Shown here piece by piece: positions 49,946-59,478 of a DNA stretch of 64,000 nucleotides; the first letter of the stretch is position 1; each line of letters begins with the position of its first letter. This DNA is from an uncultured Nitrospiraceae bacterium (lineage in GTDB: Bacteria; Nitrospirota; Nitrospiria; Nitrospirales; Nitrospiraceae), in contig CAWJWJ010000001.1 of NCBI GenBank assembly GCA_963846575.1, positions 576,001-640,000 of the forward strand, written 5' to 3'. Under the pieces are notes generated by a model, which did not search any database, was not told the DNA's origin, and saw only the letters and a program-made list of their open reading frames with translations. The position numbers were made by a program, and so were the translations under genes.

Positions 49946-50416
49946 GCCGCCCTCCGACAGTACGCCGGGAATGTACTCGACGATGACCTCCAGGACGCGG
50001 ACCAGCCATCCGGCGCAAGAGCCGCCCGGCCGGACGGACCGGCAGCGCGCCGCGGAATCAAGCCTGCCGCTGCGGAGCCGTGTGGATCGCGGAGCATCGG
50101 GCGGGAACCCCGCCGTTTCACCACGGCGGGGATTTCCTCCATCGGTAGGCCCTGCAGCAGGGCGTGGTCGTATCCTGATTCCAAGTCCACCCCCTCGCCC
50201 CTGCAGCCGCAGCCTCGTGACCGTTCCAGAGAAAGCAAAACCAGTCCTGTGCGGCGCCATTCACAGGGTATCGTCCACTCACCCACCTCCACAGAGTAAC
50301 AACTAACCGGGTGGTATGATATCCCGCCGCACGGCCGTGCCGGGTTTTTCTCTCGCCTGGTGCTCATCCACCCCTGCCGGAGAATCCGCCTGTTCTTCCG
50401 TAACAACTTCATTTTG

Positions 50417-50445
50417 TTGACCCTTTCGGGAAAGACGCCTAGACT
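50417..50445 (+). promoter_or_regulatory. Sigma70-type promoter of the nfeD-SPFH operon
   Basis: TTGACC-17 bp-TAGACT. Confidence 0.55.
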
Positions 50446-50497
50446 TTGCCGGTATCGATCATTCATTTCTCCACGATTTCTCTACGCGAGCACACGA

Positions 50498-50932
50498 ATG
50501 GCCTGGTGGATGTGGGCATTTCTGGGATTGGTCCTGCTGGGCGTCGAAATTACGACTCCCGGCGGGTTCTACATTTTCTTCTTCGGACTCTCGTCGCTCG
50601 TGGTGGCGGCGCTTGCGGGATTCGGGATCACTGAAGCGGAATGGGTCCAGTGGCTGCTCTTTTCGGTGATGTCCGTCGCGTCGCTGTTCGTGTTCCGCGG
50701 CCCGCTGCTACGTATGATCAAATCACATGAGGTATCAGGACCGGCGATCGACACCATGATCGGAGAGATCGCCATCCCGCTCGAACCGTTGGCGCCCGGC
50801 AGCACCGGGAAAGCGGAATGTCGCGGTACGGCCTGGACCGCCCATAATGCCGGGCCGGTCGGTCTGGCGAAGGGACAGCGCAGTCTGGTCGATCGGGTCG
50901 AGGGCCTCGCCCTGTGGCTCAAACCGGAATAG
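50498..50932 (+). CDS. NfeD-like (YbbJ) membrane protein
   Basis: WWMW…E..TPG TMs plus a C-terminal OB domain (G..WTA). Directly upstream of an SPFH gene. Confidence 0.88.
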   Translation: MAWWMWAFLGLVLLGVEITTPGGFYIFFFGLSSLVVAALAGFGITEAEWVQWLLFSVMSVASLFVFRGPLLRMIKSHEVSGPAIDTMIGEIAIPLEPLAPGSTGKAECRGTAWTAHNAGPVGLAKGQRSLVDRVEGLALWLKPE

Positions 50933-50965
50933 GCTGAGGGAGTTCTCAGGATGGAGGAATCAGGT

Positions 50966-51904
50966 ATGTCAGGTGGATTGATGGTCATGGTCGTCCTGGC
51001 GTTCCTGGTGGTGCTGATCATCGCCAAGACCGCCCGCATTGTCCCGCAACAAAGCGCGTATGTGGTCGAACGATTGGGTCGGTACTCCCGCACCCTGAGT
51101 GCCGGGTTCCACATCCTGATTCCCTTCATCGACGCCGTCCAGTATAAGCACTCACTCAAAGAGACCGCTGTCGATATTCCTGAACAGATCTGCATCACGC
51201 GCGACAACGTGCAGGTCGGGGTAGATGGCATCCTCTACATCAAAGTACTCGACCCGCAACGGGCGTCCTACGGCATCAACGACCATCGCTTCGCCATTAC
51301 CCAGCTGGCTCAGACCACGCTGCGAAGCGAGATCGGCAAGATCGATCTCGACCGGACCTTTGAGGAACGCACCAATATCAACCTGCAGGTTGTCAACGAA
51401 CTCGACAAGGCGTCAGAGCCCTGGGGCATCAAAGTGCTCCGCTACGAAATCAAAAACATCACGCCGCCCAAAGACATTTTGAACGCCATGGAAAAGCAGA
51501 TGCGGGCGGAACGGGAAAAACGTGCCGTCATTCTGGCCTCGGAAGGAGAGCGGGACGCCGCCATCAATCAGGCGGAAGGGGTAAAGCAACAGGTCATCAA
51601 GGCCTCGGAGGCCAGAAAGCAGCAACAAATCAACGAAGCGGAAGGTGCCGCGGCGGCGATCACGGCCATTGCCGCCGCCACGGCAGAAGGCCTGAGAAAG
51701 GTGGCCGAGTCGACTCAAATCCCCGGTGGGTACGAAGCCATCCAACTACGGGTCGCGGAGCAATACATCGGCAAGTTCGGCGAGCTGGCCAAGACCAGCA
51801 ATACCCTGGTCCTGCCGGCGAATGTCGCCGATGTGGGCTCGATGTTGGCGCTAGCCATGAACATGATCACGAAACGTTCCTCCCCGACGCCGCCTGCGAG
51901 ATAA
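50966..51904 (+). CDS. SPFH/stomatin-like protein (QmcA type)
   Basis: IVPQQSAYVVERLGRY, ITRDNV, AQTTLRSEIG, MEKQMRAEREKRA. Confidence 0.93.
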   Translation: MSGGLMVMVVLAFLVVLIIAKTARIVPQQSAYVVERLGRYSRTLSAGFHILIPFIDAVQYKHSLKETAVDIPEQICITRDNVQVGVDGILYIKVLDPQRASYGINDHRFAITQLAQTTLRSEIGKIDLDRTFEERTNINLQVVNELDKASEPWGIKVLRYEIKNITPPKDILNAMEKQMRAEREKRAVILASEGERDAAINQAEGVKQQVIKASEARKQQQINEAEGAAAAITAIAAATAEGLRKVAESTQIPGGYEAIQLRVAEQYIGKFGELAKTSNTLVLPANVADVGSMLALAMNMITKRSSPTPPAR

Positions 51905-51921
51905 GCAGCGGTTCCACCCGT

Positions 51922-51950
51922 TTGACAGTGGCTTGACGGTTCCCTACAAT
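51922..51950 (+). promoter_or_regulatory. Sigma70 promoter predicting a leaderless gmhA transcript
   Basis: TTGACA-17 bp-TACAAT, 7 nt before the ATG, no SD. Confidence 0.7.
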
Positions 51951-51957
51951 TCCGCCC

Positions 51958-52536
51958 ATGAAAGATTTCGTCATCAAGGCGTTCGATGAAAGTGCCGACG
52001 TCAAGCGGCGCTTCGCCCGGGACCACGCCGACAAGATCGGTGAGGTCGCGCAGGTCATCGGGCAGGCCTTTCGAGAGGGACGCAAGGTCCTGCTGTTCGG
52101 CAACGGCGGCAGTGCGACCGACGCCGCACACATGGCGGCCGAATTCGTCGGTCGATACAAGCGGGAACGCGCTCCCTTACCGGCCATTGCTCTCGCCACC
52201 GACATCGCCGCCATCACCTGCATCGCCAACGACTACGGCTTCGAAGCCCTTTTCGCCCGTCAGGTGCTCGCGCACGGCCAGAAAGGCGACGTCGCCATCG
52301 CCATCAGCACGAGCGGCAACTCCCCCAATGTCCTCAAGGGTATCGAAGCGGCCAGATCTCTCGGCCTGACGACGATTGCCTGGACCGGCGGTTCGGGCGG
52401 CAAGCTGGCCGGCCTTGCAGACTATGCCTTTATCGTGCCCTCGACCGTTACCGCCCGCATTCAGGAGAGCCATATCACGTTGGCCCACGTGCTTTGCGAA
52501 CTGATCGAGGACCAGGTTCTTGCCAACCCGGCGTAA
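51958..52536 (+). CDS. gmhA: D-sedoheptulose 7-phosphate isomerase
   Basis: GNGGSATDA.H, NDYG, STSGNS, RIQE.H. Confidence 0.96.
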   Translation: MKDFVIKAFDESADVKRRFARDHADKIGEVAQVIGQAFREGRKVLLFGNGGSATDAAHMAAEFVGRYKRERAPLPAIALATDIAAITCIANDYGFEALFARQVLAHGQKGDVAIAISTSGNSPNVLKGIEAARSLGLTTIAWTGGSGGKLAGLADYAFIVPSTVTARIQESHITLAHVLCELIEDQVLANPA

Positions 52537-53518
52537 GCGCACCAGTCACCCTGCCGTCCCTCCCGCGATCATCCAGCCGATAGATACATCGCGCCTGAAG
52601 ACCTATCCGCTCCAGCGACGTCACAGCAAAGTCCAGGTGGCACACTTTGCCAAGGCCTGGCCCGTCGGCCGGTCGTTGAGTCACTTTCTCGACTCGCTTC
52701 CCGACATCCTGGCGGTCAAAACGTTGCGCGAAGTGGCGCAGGCCATCGCGAAGGCCCATCGGCGCGGTCGCCCCGTCATTGTGGGCATGGGCGCCCATGT
52801 GGTGAAGGTGGGGCTGGGGCCGCTCCTGGTGGACCTGATGGAGCGCGGCATCGTCACGGCTCTCGCGATGAACGGCGCCGTGATCATCCACGACTTCGAA
52901 CTGGCCTTCATGGGGCATACATCCGAGGAGGTCGACGCGGAAATCGATTCGGGACGATTCGGCATGGCGGAAGAAACCGGTCGCATGTTGAACGAGGCCA
53001 TCTCGCTGGGCATGAAGGAGGGCCAGGGCCTGGGCGAATCACTCGGGCTCTACATCAATCGCCAAAAACGGCAGTTTCCGCACCGCGCCACCAGCCTGCT
53101 GGCGACCGGAGCGCGCCTGGGTATTCCCGTCACGGTCCATGTGGCCGTCGGGACCGACATCATTCACATGCATCCGTCTGCCGACGGTGCCGCAATCGGT
53201 GCCGGATCACTGCTCGATTTTCGCCGCCTCGCGGCCGTCGTCTCCGCGATGGAAGGCGGAGTCTACCTCAATCTGGGCTCCGCGGTGATCCTACCGGAGG
53301 TGTTCTTGAAAGCCGTCTCCCTTGGACGCAATCTCGGCCACCCGCTCACGAACATCACGACCGTGAATATGGATTTTCTGACGCACTACCGCCCCATGAC
53401 CAACGTCGTGCGCCGTCCTACGCAAAAAGGCGGCAAGGGCTATGCGTTGACCGGGCATCACGAGATCATGGTGCCGCTATTGGCGGCCGCTGTGCTTGAG
53501 GAATTGGCGGGCCAGTGA
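52520..53518 (+). CDS. Conserved protein with a deoxyhypusine-synthase-like fold
   Basis: GMGAHVVKVGLGPLLVDLMERG..TALAMNGA.IIHDFE, GSAVILPEVF. Overlaps the end of gmhA. Confidence 0.7.
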   Translation: MPTRRKRTSHPAVPPAIIQPIDTSRLKTYPLQRRHSKVQVAHFAKAWPVGRSLSHFLDSLPDILAVKTLREVAQAIAKAHRRGRPVIVGMGAHVVKVGLGPLLVDLMERGIVTALAMNGAVIIHDFELAFMGHTSEEVDAEIDSGRFGMAEETGRMLNEAISLGMKEGQGLGESLGLYINRQKRQFPHRATSLLATGARLGIPVTVHVAVGTDIIHMHPSADGAAIGAGSLLDFRRLAAVVSAMEGGVYLNLGSAVILPEVFLKAVSLGRNLGHPLTNITTVNMDFLTHYRPMTNVVRRPTQKGGKGYALTGHHEIMVPLLAAAVLEELAGQ

Positions 53519-53564
53519 CGCGGACTTCCCGATAGCGCCTGCCGTCGCAGACACGGGAGAAATA

Positions 53565-54197
53565 GTGACCACCACCCTGCCCACGACGGAACTGCTGCTC
53601 GCCAGCTGGGCGGATCTCAACTCCCGCTACTTTCGTGGCGCCTTGCCTCCGATTCGCATCGAATGGAGCCGTCGACTCACCTCATCCGCCGGAATGTTCG
53701 TCTGCCGCATGGGCCCCCGGCACGCCGTGGCACCGCTAACCGCTGACGACAGCCGGCGGCGTTGCATCAAACTTTCGGCGATCCTCCTGCATAAACAGGG
53801 GTCGCACGACGCACACGAGACCTTGACGACGCTGGCCCACGAAATGATCCATCAATGGCAATACGATATTCTGAAGCGTCGCCCGAATCATGGCCGCGAT
53901 TTCCGGCGCATGATGGCGCGGATGAATGAAGAAGGCCTTGGCATTACGATCTACCACTCACTGGGCAGGGAAGTGGCCGCTTTGGCCAAGTATGCCTGGC
54001 GCTGCCAGCGTTGCGGCTCGATCTACCATCGCCAGCGCCGGAGCATTCAACCGCGGCGGCATTCCTGCGGTGCCTGTCGAGGACCGTTACGCGAACTGAC
54101 GGTCGCGCAGGACGACTCGCGGCCGACAGTGGAACCGGCACCCGTCGCGACCGGGGCCACCGGACCGCAACTGATCCTGCCCTTCCGCGTCCCGTAG
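53565..54197 (+). CDS. SprT-like zinc metalloprotease
   Basis: WSRRLTSSAG, HEMIH, HGRDF, CQRC…CGAC. GTG start after ggaga. Confidence 0.9.
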   Translation: MTTTLPTTELLLASWADLNSRYFRGALPPIRIEWSRRLTSSAGMFVCRMGPRHAVAPLTADDSRRRCIKLSAILLHKQGSHDAHETLTTLAHEMIHQWQYDILKRRPNHGRDFRRMMARMNEEGLGITIYHSLGREVAALAKYAWRCQRCGSIYHRQRRSIQPRRHSCGACRGPLRELTVAQDDSRPTVEPAPVATGATGPQLILPFRVP

Positions 54198-54205
54198 GAC
54201 CATCC

Positions 54206-55399
54206 ATGTCCGCCCGATGGCTTCGACAAATTCTTTTCGGCGACATCGATGCGATGTTTGCTTCGGCGGCTGTCTTGTCGGATCCCTCCCTCGCCGGGAG
54301 ACCGATCGCCGTCGGTGGTCCGCCCCCTCGCGGCATCATCGCGGCAGCCAGTTACGAAGTGCGCCGGTACGGGGTCCATTCCGCCATGCCGACCATGACA
54401 GCCCTCCGGCTTTGTCCCGGACTTGTGTTAGTTCCACCCGACCGGCCGCTGTACGACCGCCTGCATCACGAACTCCAGCTGGTGACGGACCGGTTTTTCC
54501 CTGAAACCGAATGGACCAGCGTCGACGAGTTTTATACCGACACCACCCGGCTCCAAACACGGCATCCCGATCCTCACGAGCTGGGTCATGCGCTCAAGGC
54601 CGGCATCCGCCGCTCGACCGGATTGACCTGTACGGTCGCGGTGGCGTCGGGCAAAGCCGTCGCGAAGATCGCGGCCGACACGCATAAGCCTGATGGCCTG
54701 GCGGTGATCGAGCCGGGCACTGAGGCGGCCTTCCTGGCTCCGTTGCCGGTTCGCTCCCTTCCCGGGATGGGACCCAAATCCACCGAGTCAGTCGAACGCC
54801 TGGGGATTCGGGTCGTCGGTGATCTGCTCGCGCCGCGCTTCGAATCGTCGCTCGCTCGCCTGTTCGGCACGCGTTTCGCGACGCTCCAATTACTGGCCCG
54901 GGGAATCGATACCGATCCTGTCGTGGCGGACCGCGAGGCGAAAAGCGTGAGCCATGAGACGACCTTCGATGAGGATACCAATGATCCGGCCCTGCTGGAA
55001 CCGATTGTCCATGGCTTTCTGGAGCAACTGACGCATGATCTTCGAATGGAAGGGCTGGCCGCCGGTTCGTTCACCGTCAAACTTAAGGACGCCCGGTTTC
55101 GCATCACGACGCGGCAACGGAGATTCTCCACGCCGGCAAACTATGATCCGGCGATGTGGCCGAGCATCAGGCTCGCCCTCACCGAGCTGATGCAATCTGG
55201 ATCACGATACCGGCTGGTAGGTCTGGGACTGTCGGATCTGACCACGGCCCCCGTACCGCTCTTCGACCGGCGGCAACGCGACGCCGTCGCTGTTCTCGAT
55301 CGCTTGATCGAACAGCACGGTTCCGGCGTGGTTCGTCTGGGAGGACTCCCGGCTGCGGGCGAAAGTAAGAAGAAGCGGGACCATCACCGGAAACCGTGA
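54206..55399 (+). CDS. dinB: Y-family DNA polymerase IV
   Basis: DIDAMFAS, AASYEVR, SVDE, AKIA…KPDG, HhH PGMG, little finger (KSVSHETTF; RLVGL). Confidence 0.92.
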   Translation: MSARWLRQILFGDIDAMFASAAVLSDPSLAGRPIAVGGPPPRGIIAAASYEVRRYGVHSAMPTMTALRLCPGLVLVPPDRPLYDRLHHELQLVTDRFFPETEWTSVDEFYTDTTRLQTRHPDPHELGHALKAGIRRSTGLTCTVAVASGKAVAKIAADTHKPDGLAVIEPGTEAAFLAPLPVRSLPGMGPKSTESVERLGIRVVGDLLAPRFESSLARLFGTRFATLQLLARGIDTDPVVADREAKSVSHETTFDEDTNDPALLEPIVHGFLEQLTHDLRMEGLAAGSFTVKLKDARFRITTRQRRFSTPANYDPAMWPSIRLALTELMQSGSRYRLVGLGLSDLTTAPVPLFDRRQRDAVAVLDRLIEQHGSGVVRLGGLPAAGESKKKRDHHRKP

Positions 55400-55485
55400 G
55401 CTGCCCATAGCGGGGAGCGAGAGAACCATTGCTTCAAGAGGCACCCTCCCCCTAAGATAAGGTTTTTCGAATTGGCATCGATTCT

Positions 55486-55968
55486 ATGCACTCAAAAGTC
55501 GTTATGCGCCCACAACTGGTCTCCCTCCTGGGAGAACCTCGCCGTAAACAACAGGTCCTGGTCTTTACCAACGGCTGCTTCGACCTCATGCACATCGGCC
55601 ACACGCGCTACCTGCAGGCCGCCCGCGACCTTGGTGATCTGTTGATCGTGGGCGTCAATTCGGACGCATCCGTACGAACCTTGAGCAAGGGCGCCGACCG
55701 CCCCATCGTGCCGGACGATCAACGGGCCGAAGTCCTCGCCGCGTTGTCCTGCGTCGATTATGTGGTCATTTTTCCAGAGCCAGATCCCGGTCCGCTCATC
55801 GCGGCCCTCCAGCCCGATATTCTCGTGAAGGGCGGAGACTGGCCGTTGGATCGAATTGTGGGCCGGGAGACGGTCGAGGCTCGAGGCGGACGTGTCCAGA
55901 CGATTCCTCTCATCCCCGGTGTCTCGACAACGACTTTGTTACAGCGGATTCGTTCCACCACAGCGTAA
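55486..55968 (+). CDS. rfaE2: D-glycero-beta-D-manno-heptose 1-phosphate adenylyltransferase (RfaE domain II)
   Basis: [30 protein letters not shown]. Confidence 0.93.
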   Translation: MHSKVVMRPQLVSLLGEPRRKQQVLVFTNGCFDLMHIGHTRYLQAARDLGDLLIVGVNSDASVRTLSKGADRPIVPDDQRAEVLAALSCVDYVVIFPEPDPGPLIAALQPDILVKGGDWPLDRIVGRETVEARGGRVQTIPLIPGVSTTTLLQRIRSTTA

Positions 55969-55975
55969 GGACCTC

Positions 55976-58900
55976 GTGCCGCCCATCGCGCCATCGCATC
56001 TCATCAATTGGCTCACTCCTGCGCGGGACGCCCTTCAGACAGGCAGTAGCAAGCCCTGCCTGGTGGGTTTGCACGGCTCGACGGCCGGCTTTGGCCTGGC
56101 GCTCCTGACCCAGAACGCCACGAACCAACCCCTCGCCGATCGGTCCTGGCTGGTGGTCGCTAAGACCGACGATGAGGCGGAACGCCTCTATGGCGATACG
56201 CTGTTTTTTCGAACCCTCTGCGGGTTATCCGGCGACGATCTGGCACTCTTCCCCAAGTGGGAAACCCTGCCCTATGAATCGACCGTGCCCCATATTGATC
56301 TGGTGGCCCGCCGCATGCAGACCTTGCAACGCCTCTGCACCACGTCGCGCACGGTGCTGTTCACGTCGATGCCGGCACTCATGCAGCGTGTCCTCCCCGC
56401 GCTCGTCTTTAGCGACGCCGTGCTCCACTTCGAACCGAACGGGGATCTGGAACGGGAGGTCCTGGTGTCCAGACTGTTGCGCTTGGGGTACCGGAAGAGT
56501 TCCGTGGTGGAAATTCCCGGCGAGTTCAGCATCCGCGGCGGGATCGTCGATATTTATTCGACGGCCTATCCCGACCCGCTACGAGTCGAATTCCTCGGCG
56601 ACACCATCGAGTCGCTCCGGTTCTTCGATCCCGCCACCCAGAAATCCACCGACAAGGTCAAGCAGGCTTGGGTATTGCCCGCTCGTGAGTTGATTCGTCC
56701 GGAGGAGGCCCCCGACGCCTTAGCGCCCCTGCCGGCAGACGCCGAATGGCACGCGCCTTCTGTCTACGGCGCGATGGACAGTCTGCTGGATTATTTCCCC
56801 CGTCCGCCGGTGGTCGTCCTGGATCAACCGAACACGCTCAAGGACCAGAATGCGGCATGTTGGCGGGCTATTGAAGAAGGGTATCTCCGTCATGAAGACC
56901 GGACGGACCCGAATCCCTACCCGACTCCCGATCAACTGTATGTCACATGGGATCAGATTGTCGACGCGACTCATGGCTACGCCACGCTCGCCTTGGAACC
57001 GGTCACGGCGCCGGATGCGACCTGGGACCCCCTCGTCACCTGTCCGGCACAAACGCCGGCGAGCGTCGGGCTCGGCCAACGCGGCACCGCGTTCAGTCAT
57101 ACGCTGGAAGTTCTCGACCGGCTGCGCGAAAGCGGGCCCGTCGTGCTCGTCGCCCGCAGCCAGGGCCAGGTCGGTCGCCTGCTCGCGCTCTTCAGCGAAC
57201 ACGATCGCCCCGCCGTTGAATGGAAGCCCGCGGCGCTCTCGGCCGGCGGCGCACAGAAGGCCCCCTTCTCCGTTCTCAACGGCGAGGTCTCAGCCGGTTT
57301 TCTCTCCCCGGATCTGCGCCTCGTCGTGCTCACGGAGGAAGAACTCTTCGCCAAAGGCACTCGCCACAAACCGCAGGCCAAGAGCAAGGCCGCCACGTTT
57401 CTCTCCTCGCTGGAAGATCTGAACGTCGGCGACTATGTCGTGCACATGCAGTATGGCATTGCGAAGTATCAGGGACTTCGCCGCCTGTCGGTTCAGGACT
57501 TTGACAGTGACTTCCTGGTGTTGGAGTTTGCCGGAACGGACAAACTTTATGTGCCCCTCGATCGGCTGAACCAGGTCCAACGGTATGCGGGAGCCGACGC
57601 CCATGTGCCCCGCCTGGATCGGCTGGGCGGCACCAGCTGGGCGAAGACAACCGCGCGGGTCAAAAAAGACATCGAGGAGATGGCGCACGAGCTCGTCGAT
57701 CTCTATGCCAACCGGGAACTGGTCCACCGAACGTCGTACGGCAAAGACAGCATGCTGTATCACGAGTTCGAGGCGGCCTTCGAGTATGAGGAAACGCCTG
57801 ATCAACGTCGGGCCATTGAAGACATCGCGAATGACATGGCCTCCACCAAACCGATGGACCGCCTCGTCTGCGGCGATGTGGGGTACGGCAAGACCGAGGT
57901 GGCCATGCGGGCCGCTTTCAAGGCAGTGGAAGAAAATCGCCAAGTCGCCGTGCTCGTCCCGACCACGCTGCTGGCGCACCAGCACTACGACAACTTTGCG
58001 GAACGGTTTGCGCCCTTCCCCACCCGTGTCGCCCTCCTCTCCCGTTTTCAATCCCCCAAGGAGACCAAAGCGATTATCAAGGACACTGCGGCGGGCGTCG
58101 TCGATGTGTTAATCGGCACCCACCGTCTTTTGCAGAAAGACGTGCAGTTCCGCAACCTCGGACTGGTGATCATCGACGAGGAACAATGGTTCGGCGTGAA
58201 ACACAAGGAACGTCTCAAACAATTGCGCACCCAGGTCGACGTCTTGACCCTGACCGCCACGCCGATTCCCAGAACCCTGCAAATGACCATGGCGAGCGTG
58301 CGCGACCTTTCGATCATCGATACGCCTCCCTCCGGCCGGCTGGCCATTCGCACACAGGTCTTACGATTCAGTGAGAAGGCCATCCGGGAGGCGATCTTGC
58401 GCGAACTCGGCCGCGGCGGCCAAACCTACTTCGTCCACAATCGGGTGGAAACCATGGAGCGGATGGGGGCCTGGCTCCAGGAACTCGTGCCGGAGGCTCG
58501 CATCGTGATGGCCCACGGACAGATGGACTCCAAACCGCTGGAAGCCGTGATGCTGAAGTTTTTCCATCGGGAGGCCGATATCCTGATCGCCTCCGCCATC
58601 ATTCAATCCGGCCTGGATGTGCCGACCGCCAACACCATCATCGTCAATCGTGCAGACGCGTTCGGACTGGCCCAGCTGTACCAGCTGCGCGGGCGGGTCG
58701 GCCGGGGCGGCGAACAGGCCTACGCCTACTTTCTCGTGCCGGACGAGGGCTCGCTCTCGGATGATGCCCAGAAACGCCTGACCGCCATTCAACAATTTAC
58801 CGAGTTGGGATCCGGCTTCCGGATTGCGGCAGCGGACTTGGAGATCCGCGGTGCGGGCAACTTGCTGGGCAAGCAGCAGTCGGGGCATATCGCGGCTGTG

Positions 58901-59449
58901 GGCCTCGATCTGTACCTGCAAATGGTCGAACAGGCCGTCCAACGGCTGAAAGGCCAGGTGGTGGAGGAGGAACCGGATCCCACGTTGCGCCTCAGCGTCT
59001 CGGCGTTCATTCCTGAAGATTACGTGGTGGACAGCCACCAGCGCCTGTCGCTGTACAAGCGTCTGTCTTCCTGCGGGCAACTCGGGGACTTGGCGTTAAT
59101 GCATGGTGAAATTGAAGACCGGTACGGACCGCCTCCCGATCCCGTTGAACGTCTCTTCGAGATGATGCAGATCCGTCTTCTGGCCAAGCAGCTTCGTTTG
59201 AGTTCCGTCGTCGAACAGCCTCACGCCGTCGTGATCACCTTCGATCCCAAGGCCATGGTTCCTGAGGCCGCGGTGCAAGCCTTGATGGACCGGTACAAGA
59301 AGCGGTTGCGTTTTCTGTCTCCCCTCTCCTTTGAACTCCAGATGCCGCATGAAGACTGGAGTTTGGTCTTTCCGGAACTCAACGCAACCTTGCAAACCCT
59401 CCTGGTCTGTGGTACCAACAGACAAGGGCCACAAACGGGCTCGACCTGA
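55976..59449 (+). CDS. mfd: Transcription-repair coupling factor
   Basis: UvrB-like module (RGGIVD), RID domain, GDVGYGKT, DEEQ, TATPIPRT, QLRGRVGR, DLEIRGAG, C-terminal TRCF domain. Confidence 0.97.
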   Translation: MPPIAPSHLINWLTPARDALQTGSSKPCLVGLHGSTAGFGLALLTQNATNQPLADRSWLVVAKTDDEAERLYGDTLFFRTLCGLSGDDLALFPKWETLPYESTVPHIDLVARRMQTLQRLCTTSRTVLFTSMPALMQRVLPALVFSDAVLHFEPNGDLEREVLVSRLLRLGYRKSSVVEIPGEFSIRGGIVDIYSTAYPDPLRVEFLGDTIESLRFFDPATQKSTDKVKQAWVLPARELIRPEEAPDALAPLPADAEWHAPSVYGAMDSLLDYFPRPPVVVLDQPNTLKDQNAACWRAIEEGYLRHEDRTDPNPYPTPDQLYVTWDQIVDATHGYATLALEPVTAPDATWDPLVTCPAQTPASVGLGQRGTAFSHTLEVLDRLRESGPVVLVARSQGQVGRLLALFSEHDRPAVEWKPAALSAGGAQKAPFSVLNGEVSAGFLSPDLRLVVLTEEELFAKGTRHKPQAKSKAATFLSSLEDLNVGDYVVHMQYGIAKYQGLRRLSVQDFDSDFLVLEFAGTDKLYVPLDRLNQVQRYAGADAHVPRLDRLGGTSWAKTTARVKKDIEEMAHELVDLYANRELVHRTSYGKDSMLYHEFEAAFEYEETPDQRRAIEDIANDMASTKPMDRLVCGDVGYGKTEVAMRAAFKAVEENRQVAVLVPTTLLAHQHYDNFAERFAPFPTRVALLSRFQSPKETKAIIKDTAAGVVDVLIGTHRLLQKDVQFRNLGLVIIDEEQWFGVKHKERLKQLRTQVDVLTLTATPIPRTLQMTMASVRDLSIIDTPPSGRLAIRTQVLRFSEKAIREAILRELGRGGQTYFVHNRVETMERMGAWLQELVPEARIVMAHGQMDSKPLEAVMLKFFHREADILIASAIIQSGLDVPTANTIIVNRADAFGLAQLYQLRGRVGRGGEQAYAYFLVPDEGSLSDDAQKRLTAIQQFTELGSGFRIAAADLEIRGAGNLLGKQQSGHIAAVGLDLYLQMVEQAVQRLKGQVVEEEPDPTLRLSVSAFIPEDYVVDSHQRLSLYKRLSSCGQLGDLALMHGEIEDRYGPPPDPVERLFEMMQIRLLAKQLRLSSVVEQPHAVVITFDPKAMVPEAAVQALMDRYKKRLRFLSPLSFELQMPHEDWSLVFPELNATLQTLLVCGTNRQGPQTGST

Positions 59450-59478
59450 TCTTCGCAGAGGATACGCCTTCCGACCGC

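Noticed and set aside
49946..50260. 105-aa N-terminal extension of CydA in the ORF track
   Set aside because: CydA similarity begins at MIPELLAARS, which has an SD (ggaggg). The extension is low-complexity.
58174..58200. Mfd motif II region reads DEEQWFG instead of DEE(H/Q)RFG
   Set aside because: All other helicase motifs are intact, so this is probably lineage-specific variation. There is no evidence of altered function.
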